A stretch of 64,000 bases of DNA from Utricularia gibba (lineage: Eukaryota; Plantae; Magnoliophyta). The stretch is taken from assembly GCA_002189035.1 (NCBI GenBank), contig NEEC01000004.1, forward strand, positions 5,084,001 to 5,148,000, given 5' to 3'. Positions 1 to 10,680 of the stretch are shown in pieces. Within the stretch, counting starts at the first letter, position 1; every line of letters begins with the position of its first letter. The translations under genes and the position numbers were made by a program. The notes under the pieces were generated by a model, which did not search any database, had not been told where the DNA came from, and saw only the letters and a program-made list of their open reading frames with translations.

Positions 1-931
1 AAGAACTGAGAAATTCTGCTGGTGGATAATTTCAGCAGAGACTTTGAGCACATCATTAAGAGGGCGGGGTGTCTCCTCAGACTTGGAAGCAAGAAACAGT
101 ACTGCAGTAGCAATCACCTGCAGAAATTATGTTTATACTAAGAGAAAGATAACATTTGAAAAGATAATTCAAAAGTGACATGATCTACACCAACAAGTGT
201 AATTCCAAAAAAACAATGCACAGAACAAAAAATCTTACATATCTATCATGACAAGCATGTGAGCGGCGAAAGAAAAATCGATGGCATAAAACCATGGCAG
301 TCCCAATTGTGGTTTGTGGCCTGGAAATGCGTCAGAACACAACAATAGCATTACACAAACAATATATGGGAAGTATAAAAATGATCCACAATCTCCAGTA
401 ACCAATGCATACGAATAAAACTTACAGATCAAGTCTAAAACCAAGGTGGTGAAGGAAGGCACAATAAGAGTATCTCAGTTGTGTTTCCTGCAGTGGACTG
501 ATGCCATCTTTCCTTGATGGAGACGATTGCTCTATCTCGTCTCTTGTCATAAAAGACATATTGAGATCCTCAGACGTCAATAGGTCATGCTTTGAACTTG
601 AGGTTGCAGGAACAACAGCAGAGGCGTTGCAGACTAAACTTGTACGTTGGATATTGTATGGGTGTTCATTCTGGGAAGGTATGGAAATGATTTCAGAAGA
701 ACATGTTGAGATTTTTCTCCGCTTTGAAGATGATTGGGTGTCATTCTGGAAATTGCTACTATATACTTCAGAGAACGGGTGGTTATGGAATAGATAATGG
801 CTCATTGCAGTAGGCTGTCTGTGATCGAAGGTGCTAGAACATTTGTATTTGTAGTTGGCAGAAGCATTAGACGCCACCAAAGCCATGTTTTGATGACTTC
901 CATTGAGATGACCACGCCGAACAAGGGCCAT
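1..931 (-). CDS. CYCT1: Cyclin T1 family protein, 5' part (runs off window start); exons ~931-426, 320-239, 117-<1
   Basis: Spliced translation ...[45 protein letters not shown]|[27 protein letters not shown]|[24 protein letters not shown] is the cyclin T cyclin box; GT-AG junctions. ATG at 931 follows a 5'UTR intron acceptor (the ORF-track start at 964 is TTG). Confidence 0.9.
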
Positions 932-2744
932 AACGCCTGTCCAAGCATTCAATTTTAGTCGCAAGACGTGTGATTAGCAAAACTACCAAACTAAAAAATT
1001 TAATCTAAACGAAAAAAAAAAAAACACAAATTTTCAACATATACAAAACCTAAATCATCAGCTCAAAGACAAAGGCACTCTCCGAATCTGTTGATCAAAA
1101 ACAACATTGACTGAAAAAGAAACGAATTTGAATAAGTTGATTAACTACATCTATGAGCTACGACAACAAAAATCCATCTTTTAAGACGCGAAAAAAAAAA
1201 GATTCTTTACACAGAAAAAAAACCCAATCCCCCCACCCCCCTTCCAAAAAAAACTCTTCCCACACACAACACGGTTAAGAATCAAGGATTTAGAAAAGAT
1301 TATCAGATCATCAATAGACCAGTATTAACCACATAGATGGACAAAATTGAACAAAAAAAAGCCAGAAACCTGAATCTCCGTAAAAAAGACCAACACGCCA
1401 GTCTCCTGAGAACTTCGATCTCAAAATTCGCCAGAAGAAATCTAATCCGCTGCCAGGAAACGACAGATCGGAAGGCTAGTAACGTGAATAATCGGCAAAC
1501 TGAAACAGCCCTTCAAGGAAAGGATCGAATTTTAGGGTTGGAAAATCGCCTTTTTCCAATTCAACGAGGTAAGAAACTACTACTAGTTGGTTGCGGTTTT
1601 TCCTGGTATCCATTTGCCTTTTTGCTCTTCCAAACAATTAAAATACTTTCTTATTTTAATTATAAATTAAAATTAAAGAATAAATTCGACACAAAAGTGA
1701 TTCATTCCCGTGTACTTCAACTCAATTTTCAAGTATGATTTTGGGTTGAATTTTTTAATTAGATTCAAATTAATGTAAAAATATAACGAAAATAAAAACA
1801 ATTATTTATATTTAATATTTCAAAATTTCAACAAAATATTTTTTTATATCAAAATAATTGAATCGAATCTAAAAAAAAAAATCATGAGTTCGTATTCAAC
1901 TGAATCTAATCTCGAATTCATCCCCGAATTTTAAAACAATGTTTTGATCGATATGAAACCAAGCCCCTACCCAATTCCGTTCCAAATTGCATTAAAACAT
2001 TGAACCCTAGGGCTAGTAATTAATTAGTATTTATGTAACTACCATCGGTGTGTTCTTTAATTTTAATTTTTGCTTCAAATTGCGTAAAATATAAATAGTT
2101 TTCAGATGTAGTGAATAGAAATAATTTAAAATTGTACAACTGTTGTATGTAATATCATAAAAATATATTATTAAATTTAATAAAATAAAATTTTAAAAAT
2201 TCAATAATTTAAAATTTTAATTATAAAATCTAAAATTCTGATTTTAATCATTAAAGATTAAAATTTTTAAAAATATTGGTGAACGGTCTCTGTCTATGTT
2301 CCCTTTCCACCTACTATCATTATTGATGGTATCTGAATTTTTGTATTAAAATAAGTATTTTTAATTCTATTATTTAGAAAAAAAATATGATCCGTCCATG
2401 ATGCCATGAAATAAACATTCTCGTGATTTGGTGTCTGTTTCAGAGATTGATAATTGTGATATGATTTAAAAATTAGGTTATTTTGTTATATATGCGTGAA
2501 AAAAATCATCATTTTTTAAAAACAGATTATAATAAGTATACAACATTTTGTAAATCGATTGAATCTAATATTTTTTAATATAATTTTAATTTTATGAGTA
2601 AATATTTTTTAGTTTAAATATAGTACCATAATATTTATCTTAGAGTACGCCTTGTTGGATAAATCGGTGGTATATTTATTCAGGTGAGGTGCAGTGCAAG
2701 TACCTAGGAATTACAAACAGGGGAGGGCACTGTACATGAAAGGG

Positions 2745-3735
2745 TCAGCGGATGAATAGAGCCATTTTTTTGATGAGGATCTTGGAATTTGTAGCTTGGG
2801 GATCAAGGGCTTGGAAGCAGTGCTCTTCCCCCTTGATCTCCACCGTCTCCAGGTGCCCCCTCCACCCGCTTTCCTTCACCTTCTCGGCGTAGGCCGCCGC
2901 CCTGGGGTGAACATGTCCTTCTCCGCCATGGTGACCAGCAACTTGGAGCACCCCAGTTGGGATAGGCTCGGGGCTGCGGCGGATATGGGGTTGATCAGCG
3001 GGCAGTCTATCCCGCCGGGGGCGTTGGGGAAGCACAGGTTCCAGACTCTGCAGGCCAATCTGTGGGGGTCTTTGTCGAATTCCCGCTCGATTTCGATGGA
3101 GCCCCAGAAATAAGGCTGAGAAATGATGGTCCCTGTGATTTTGAGGTTTCCTGGTAAGGGATTGGAGCCGACGCGCATGGTGAGATTGTGGGCGATGTTA
3201 GCTCCGGCGCTATCGCCGGCGATGTAGAGTCGGTTGAAGTCGCCGTGAGTGGATATCGAGGGGTCTTTTGCGATGTCGGTGTCGTCTAGAGCGTGGGAGC
3301 AGAGCCATTCCAGTGCAGCCCATGAATCCTCGTACGCAGCCGGGAGACGGTGCTCGGGGACGAGGCGGTATTCGACAGCCACGATGAGTGACCTAGATTC
3401 CGCTGTAAGAGCGTTCATGTACCGGCAATCTATCTCAGAAAAGACCGATCCAACGATGAACGCGCCGCCGTGGAAGTACAGCACGATCGGGACTTTTTCA
3501 GCGGGATCCGTCATTTCAGGGAGGAAGATCCTCGCCGGCGACATGGTGGTCCTGATGTCCTTAGACGACACCCCGGTTTCAGGATCCCTCACAGCGGGAG
3601 GAACATTCCGCGAAACCCCACCCCGCTCGAAAGTCCCGTCACTGTAGAGCTTGATGAACGGCGACAGGTCGTCGATCAGCTTCCTCGACTCCGCCCCCCG
3701 ACGCGCTCCCCGTTCACAGTTGCGGCGGCGACCAT
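2745..3735 (-). CDS. Carboxylesterase (alpha/beta-hydrolase, CXE family) copy 1; two 1-bp frameshifts as assembled
   Basis: HGGA oxyanion motif, VEYRLVPEHRLPAAYEDSW, GDSAG nucleophile, AEKD acid, EEHCF His. Adding one base at C6 3694-3699 and one at G4 2904-2907 gives a continuous intronless ORF collinear with copy 2. TATAAA on the minus strand at 3779-3784. Confidence 0.88.
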
Positions 3736-4409
3736 GGCGACTTCTGCTCCTCCTACCACACCCACATACTGGTTTACCTTTATAGAGAGGGAATTCCTTC
3801 CAGCTTCCTGACCACATTTCCCGTACCTACCCCCAAAAGTATGCGGAACTGGGACCCACCTTACTGCATTGGTTACGTGTCTAAATAACCTCCTCATTCA
3901 TATTTTTTATTAATAAAAAAAACAGTTACTCAACTACCTCTTATCATTGAGGGTGTTTTACATTACTTATGATAAATTAACTTATAAGTAAGATTAAGTA
4001 GAAGTTAATTTAAAGTAAAAAATAAGTAGGAGTTGTTTGTTTTAACTTATTTATAAAATTCATAAGTAAAAGTTAATAGTGTTTGATATAACTTTCATAA
4101 TTTGTAAATAAAAGTCTAAAATACCCATATATTCATTTAAATGTTTTTAATAATATAATTTATATTTATTATTTTTGTATAATTATAAATCAATGTTTTA
4201 AAGTTATGTAACAAATTAATAATTAATTTTTTTTCATATTTTAATGTATTTATTAATATTTGTATAGTTATATGAATTGTAATATGTAATAAAAAATATT
4301 AACACAAATCTCATTCAATCGTAATAACATGCATAATAAACGATAGATTGAGTTATATAAACTCTGAAAACAACAATAGATAAACTAGACTTGATATTAT
4401 GAGACATTT

Positions 4410-5628
4410 TTAATTTATTCTACTAATTGATGCACATATTGCATTACGTAAAGCAGTTATATATCCATCTTGAGTTGATGATGCAAAAGCTTTTGCTACT
4501 GGTAGAGCTGTTTGAGGATTATATGGTGGAGTCCAATTATCAACTTCAAAACGTAAGAAATCCGGATCATTTGCATCAATTCTCTTGATAAAATTGCAAA
4601 TTGCCATAGTTGCTGGTACAATAAGTACTTGATCTTGCCATGAAAATCCCCAAGGAAGTCTATTAACCATGTCAAATTTTGCCTTCCATACTCCAAAACA
4701 TCGTTCAATTACAGAACGTAGCGAAGAGTGTCGATAATTATACATCTCTGTAGGATTTCTAACCCGTGGATTATCACGAAACTCTTCCAAGTGGTACCTT
4801 TGACCTCTATATGGTGTCAAAAAAAATGTAGTATTCATATACCCAGAATCAGCAAGGTAATACTTACCTGGTTGTGGCAATGGAAAATTATTTTCGGGTG
4901 AATGCATAACCCGTGATAATATTGAACTATCATGCATTTATCCTTCATATCCTGAAGCTACAGACATGAACAGCATATTGAAGTCGCATATTGTCAAAAT
5001 ATTCTGTGTGGCTTCACGGTATCGACCAAAAAAGGACGTCTATCTTCTTTTCTAATTCTCGCAGGAATATGAGTACCATCAATGGCACCAACCACATCTT
5101 GAAAATGAGGCCAAAATCGAGAATCATTTCTTATTTTTGCAGGGGGAGTCAACATATCACTCGTTGGAACTATAAATTCAGAAGCCATATTTGCACAAGC
5201 ATCAAGAACTGCACGAAAACTTTGACTTACAGTATATCCAGAACGTTGGAACCATTCTTGAAGCAAACGGTTACTACATTTTAGACCCATTGCCAAGAGA
5301 AACGTTGCCACTTGTTCCTCAACAGAGACTGTGCGTGTGGCTATTAAACCATAGCGTTCATATAGACCACTACATAACCTATGAAATGTTTCTCGTTCCA
5401 TTCGAAATAGTTGATATGACGAATCCAATGGCCTTCCAGTATACCCTTTAACCATGCAGCTCCAGATAACTCTCTATCTCGATAAGGCATTCTTACAAAA
5501 TCACATTGGTAAAATTCAAGAATGGATTGCGCTAGTGTCGCTATAACAGAGACTATTTCAGCATTTGGAGTCTCACCTTCATCTTGAGAATTATCGGTAC
5601 GTGGGGAAGAGTTGCTGGAAGAAGACAT
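4410..5628 (-). pseudogene. Harbinger DDE transposase (HARBI1-like), disrupted
   Basis: Catalytic motifs GAIDGTHI, YLADSGY and SVIERCFG are present. Frameshifts near 5427 and at A6 5028-5033; in-frame TAA at 4938-4940 (YEG*MHD where YEGSxHD is expected). Confidence 0.9.
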
Positions 5629-5701
5629 GGATGCGTTGTGTTTGAAAATGATACATAGCCTTGATTTTATAGATGAAAAAGGTGGAATCTTAGTAAGAAA
5701 T

Positions 5702-5837
5702 CACATGCAATTGTCGTTGAAAAGCAAATACAGCTAATAAAGTATATGGAATTGATGCAGAAAACACATGCAATTGTCGTTGAAAAGCAAATACAGCTAA
5801 TAAAGTATATGGAATTGATTCAGAAAACACATGGAAT
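5702..5837. repeat. 63-bp tandem repeat, ~2.2 copies, inside the transposon between its two genes
   Basis: CACATGCAATTGTCGTTGAAAAGCAAATACAGC... starts at 5702 and 5765; a partial third copy starts at 5828. Confidence 0.9.
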
Positions 5838-5945
5838 TGTTACGTAAAATCACATTCAGTCAGACATCCACATGAAATGGTTCAACTTTAAAGAAATCAA
5901 TGTTCTTACTATATTTCAAATTCACCTACTAATATTAAAAGAAAA

Positions 5946-7063
5946 CTACTTTAGATTAGCACTCTTATATGCTCTGATAAATGCCAACCTCTCTTCATTA
6001 CTTGTCATACTCATAAAAGCTTCACGATAAACAGTCTTGCCGAACGCCAATGCAGTAGCTCCAAACACACTTGGATCCTCTTGTGCTTCTGGAATTCCCC
6101 TCACTATATCTAAGCATTCTGCAATCGAGGGTACCTTTTGTCTTTGAGGCACAGATGAATAAGATCCACTCTTTAACTGATTTGTTAAAGCAGCAACTGA
6201 CTTAGCCAACTTTTCTCCTGTTTCTTTAATAGTTCTTCTTTGACGTTTGTTTCTCACATTAGCACTGCTCGCACCAACTTCCACACTTCCCTAAACATTA
6301 ACAGATTAGAAGTAAATTTATATAATAGTAAATTTATATAATATAGTAAAATAATTTAGATAGTAACATACCTGTTGTGGACTATCATAAAATGATGGTT
6401 GTTCATTCATTCCAATATCAATATTATTGAAAAAGTCATCATCTTGGATGTTTATGCTATCTAAGTCAACAGATGCATCACCATCATTAGTAGAGCTATC
6501 AACCCCTGTCGACATACGATAAGGCGCTCGTGGAGGGACCTTGCCATTTCCAGTATTCCATGCCGAATCAGCTATTGATGTCACTGGTGTGAAGATAACA
6601 TTTTGCAATTCAGAATAAATAGGTGGAGTGGTCTTGAATTTTTTGCATCCTGGCATCTCCTAGAAAATACAAAATAATTGAGTCATAATGTATTTATCAT
6701 TTATATATAAGTACAAATACAAAAAAAAATCACCTTAATCATTCTTGACCACCATTCATCTGTTCCGGTTATAACTCCCAAGTTGTCATCTCATCCACTT
6801 CCAGTTGTCTTTTGAAGCCTAATCCATATGGACCAATCTTTTTTCATTGAGTTGAATTTATTTTTCAACTGTTTCATCACATAACGACGCCCCGTCCTTT
6901 CATTAAACTCTTTCAAAATCCCATGCCACCCCTGAGAATTAAAACATGTTCCAAGCATATTATTTGCATAAACTTGATGTGCACAAGCTTCCAAAAATAT
7001 GTGAGTAGCATTTTCGTCCCAAGCAGCACTAGAAGTAGACGAAGATGGTACTTGTTTATCCAT
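5946..7063 (-). pseudogene. Harbinger Myb/SANT-like DNA-binding protein, 3 exons, nonsense mutation
   Basis: MDKQ...AWDENATHIFLEAC...GWHGILKEFNERTGRRYVMKQLKNKFNSMKKDWSIWIRL...TGSG*DDNLGVITGTDEWW. TGA at 6791-6793 replaces the usual Trp of TGxGWD. Introns ~6661-6733 and ~6293-6372. Confidence 0.85.
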
Positions 7064-9431
7064 GTGTTCCCTGCAAAAGCAACAAAACACTAAATTGCAG
7101 CAGCAAAATTAAAAAAAAAATAAATACTAAGGGATTGTAAAGCTATGCCTCAAGCCAAATCTATCTAACTGAAGAAGCAAACTGTAAAGAAATTTTGCTA
7201 GAATCCCATAAAATCTAAAAAGTGCTTTCTGCTTCCCTCCGCAGAACAGGAAGCGACACAGTCTTGTGTGACTGAAGAAAAACGAAAAAACAAAAGGCAA
7301 CAAAAAAATAAAATCTTGAAAACGAAAAAATGGGGTGGAGAGCAACAAATCTGGAACTTCGGAGGAGCTGGATTTGGGGAATTCCGTCCGCAAGGTTTTG
7401 AATCAAAAATAGAGAAAGCACACCCAACCCAATACACGTAGATTAAGGTGAGAAGTAAATTTTTTATCATTTTATATTTTAATATAAAGGCATATAAGTA
7501 ATTTCACAGTATTTTTTTTATTTAAGTTACAATTAAGTAACTATATACCTACTTTTAAAATACAACTTATAAACAATTTATAAATTATAACATATAAGTT
7601 AAAAAAACATAAATCTAATAAGTTGCTACTTATAATTTAGTTAAGTTATTTATAAGTTGTATAAAACACCCCCATTATATGCCAACTGTTTTCAACAACA
7701 AAATTTTGAATCGATTGCTCTAACCGTTCCTAATTCAAATCAATTTCGTGATTAAATTCAATTTAATCCAAATCCTATAATGAACGATTCATTACACTTA
7801 GAAGTTACAACGTTTGGAACATATCTAGTAATGAGATGATTTTAATTGAATTTCATATTTAGTTACAGATAAATAATATATATATATATTATCTAATTTT
7901 TTATAAAGTATTTTTCTCGAAAAAATAAAACATAATGCCATGATAATTAGCTATCATATAAGAAAATATTGATTCACTATATTTAATGTCATAGCCAAAT
8001 CCATACTTTGTAAACAATCATGGGACAAACATCAATGAGGATGCTTAATTTTTAAGAAGTGGCGATACGTATTAAGAAAAATAGAAATTTTTTTCCTTAA
8101 AATAAAATAACATAAAATCATGAAAATTACATATCCATAACGCATAATATTATATGAATAAATTATAGATGGCCGCTCCTATCTGATCTTTGACAGATAT
8201 CAGTCTATCAATTGACGACAGCCTGCCAGAATACATTTTGGGCTCATTTTCAAAGACTGACTTACCATATTTGATTTTTACCCCATCAATATCAATATTA
8301 ATGTAATGAGATTCGAAAACCTCTTCAAGGAGTGTCCTCATAGTAAATTGGAGTTCAATCACGGTTTTTGAAACACCATATTTCTCATTTCCCATTATTC
8401 ATGTTTTGATGACGTGCACGTCATGACTATAAGAAGATGAAATTAAATATGATTATGGACAGAATTTAATTTAATAAATTAAAAAGATTGAGAGGACACG
8501 GTTCTTCACGCATGGTAATGACTCACATCAAGGGTTCCATGTACCGACACCTAATAGCTTGCGTGTTAACTTCCTATTGGTTGACAATACTCCCTGCGAC
8601 TTTTGTCGTTTTCGTCGCCCTTACGTTAGTACAACAGAATTAATATTTATTTTATTTATACTCGGTATTATTAACTAAAGTATCATTGCGCTTAATCGTC
8701 ACATGCCCAATAAGTTACGTCACATTTTTTAATGTCACGACCTACATTATTTTTGTAGTATATTGCTCGTTTTGAGTATTTAACACTCACATTTTTATGT
8801 TTTTATTTTTTGAAAAACAATCTTATACAAATTATAAATATATTTTTATTTAAATACGTATTTTTTTACTATTCATAACTAATGTTATATATCGTTATTA
8901 AATCCCTTATATTCTACAACTTTTAGACACTCTTATGCTCATTGTTTCCATATCCCACCATTCGCATGCTTATTGATTTAGTTATGATATTAAATATCAT
9001 GATTCATACTATTTATTATATTATTTACTTCAAAAATACGAATATCAAGATTTCATGTTCTTCATTTTTTGAAAAAAACCTTATATAAAATTAAAAGAAT
9101 CTTTCTATTTTAATGTATCATTTCCTTATTCATAATTAATATAGAATATTTTTATCAGTTTCATCCCCTTAATTTTAATTATTTCCAATCGTGACATTTT
9201 TTTTCACTTTTCAAACAGATTTGACTATATTTTATCTAATAAATGTATTTAAATAAATGTAAAGCATAATAAAACAAAATACAATTGAATAAAAATATTT
9301 TTTTAAAAAAAAAAACCACCATGAATAAAAAAAGGATTTTCTTTTTTAATATATTTTTGGATGAAAGAATTCAAAAGAAGATAAATATAAAAAGGATTTT
9401 TATTTCTTTTAAAATAGGTGCTTATTGTCTG

Positions 9432-10409
9432 CTACAGAGAGTTGATGAAGGAAGCCATTTTGTTGATCAGGAACTTGGAGTTTGTGGTTTGAGGATTCAC
9501 AATTTGGAAGCAATGGTCCTCGTCCTTGATCTCCACCAACTCCAACTTTCCGTTCCACCCACTCTGCTTCACCTTCTGGGCGTACGCCGCCGCTCTCGCC
9601 GTGAACTTATCCTTCTCCGCCACGACAACCATCAGTTTTAAGCAGCCCAACTGGGATAAACTTGGAGCTCCGGCGGCAATGGGGTTGATCATGGGGCAAT
9701 CGATCCCGCCGGGGGCATCTGGGTAACACAAATGCCAAACTTTATGGCCATGCTTTTCCAAGTCTTTTTGGAATTCTCCTCCGATTTCGACGGAGCCACA
9801 GAAGTACGGCTGAGAAACGATGGCCCCAGTGATTTTGAGGTTTCCCGGTAAGGGACTGGAACCAGTTCGCATCGCTATGTTGTGGGCAATGTTCCCGCCG
9901 GCGCTATCGCCGGCAATGTAGATTTTGTCGAAATCGCCGTGATTTGATATCCATGGATCTTTTGCGATATGGGTACTGTCGACGGCGTGGGAACAGAGCC
10001 ATTCGAGGGCAGCCCATGAATCCTCGTAAGCAGCCGGGAGACGGTGCTCGGGGACGAGACGGTACCCGACGGCGACGATGAGGGATTTCGATTCCGATGA
10101 AAGAGCGGCCACGTATCGGTGGTCTACCTCGGAGAAGACAGATCCGGTGATGAATCCACCCCCGTGAAAATAGAGGACTATCGGGAATTTTTCTTCTGGA
10201 ACGGTGATTTTTGGGAGGAAGATTCTCGCCGGTGGCGTGGTGTTGGTGACGTCTTTGGAGGAGACGCCGGTGGTGGGGTCATTGAGAGCGGGCGGAACAT
10301 AGGGTGACTCGGTAATGCGGTCGAAAGTACCGTCGGCGTAGAGCTTAATGAATGGTGACAGGTCATCCAAGAGTTCTCTAGGTGCGGCGGCGGCGGCGGC
10401 TGTTACCAT
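9432..10409 (-). CDS. Carboxylesterase (CXE family) copy 2, intact, intronless, 325 aa
   Basis: HGGG, GDSAG, AEKD and EDHCF motifs in an uninterrupted ORF from the ATG at 10409. Confidence 0.93.
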   Translation of the reverse strand: MVTAAAAAAPRELLDDLSPFIKLYADGTFDRITESPYVPPALNDPTTGVSSKDVTNTTPPARIFLPKITVPEEKFPIVLYFHGGGFITGSVFSEVDHRYVAALSSESKSLIVAVGYRLVPEHRLPAAYEDSWAALEWLCSHAVDSTHIAKDPWISNHGDFDKIYIAGDSAGGNIAHNIAMRTGSSPLPGNLKITGAIVSQPYFCGSVEIGGEFQKDLEKHGHKVWHLCYPDAPGGIDCPMINPIAAGAPSLSQLGCLKLMVVVAEKDKFTARAAAYAQKVKQSGWNGKLELVEIKDEDHCFQIVNPQTTNSKFLINKMASFINSL

Positions 10410-10680
10410 GGCTATCTCCGCTACTGGCTGGTGAGTAACCCCAAATCGTCGCCTTCCATACCTCCATTTCACGACACTTAAATACTAAGAAGTTGCCGCC
10501 ACTTGTCTGGTTTCCATTTTCTGTTCAATTTTTTATCGGCCGGGAACTTGCTTCGTCACCGGACTCCATCTGCGAAGCTGCCACTTGCATCTTTTGTCTT
10601 GTTTGTCAGGCAGACGGATTGATACAAAGATGCCACGTTATTGTTCTATTTCCAACAGTTGCCAGCCTTACACCAAGTCC

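Larger units (their letters stand above)
3949..7673 (-). mobile_element. PIF/Harbinger DNA transposon, 3725 bp, full length, both genes disabled
   Basis: Imperfect TIRs GAGGGTGTTTTACATTACTTAT (3949) and GGGGGTGTTTTATACAACTTAT (reverse complement from 7673), 18/22 identical. 3-bp direct repeat ATT at 3946-3948 and 7674-7676. Carries a DDE transposase and a Myb/SANT gene. Confidence 0.92.

Noticed and set aside
1337-1738. 133-aa plus-strand ORF
   Set aside because: It lies antisense over the cyclin T leader and promoter, has low complexity and shows no recognisable motif.
4410-7063. Domesticated Harbinger genes (ALP1/HDP-like)
   Set aside because: TIRs and TSD are intact and both ORFs carry nonsense mutations, so this is a dead transposon copy.
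2745-10409. Calling the esterases HID/TCE-type non-hydrolytic enzymes
   Set aside because: Both have a canonical GDSAG and a complete triad; specialised function cannot be inferred from sequence alone.
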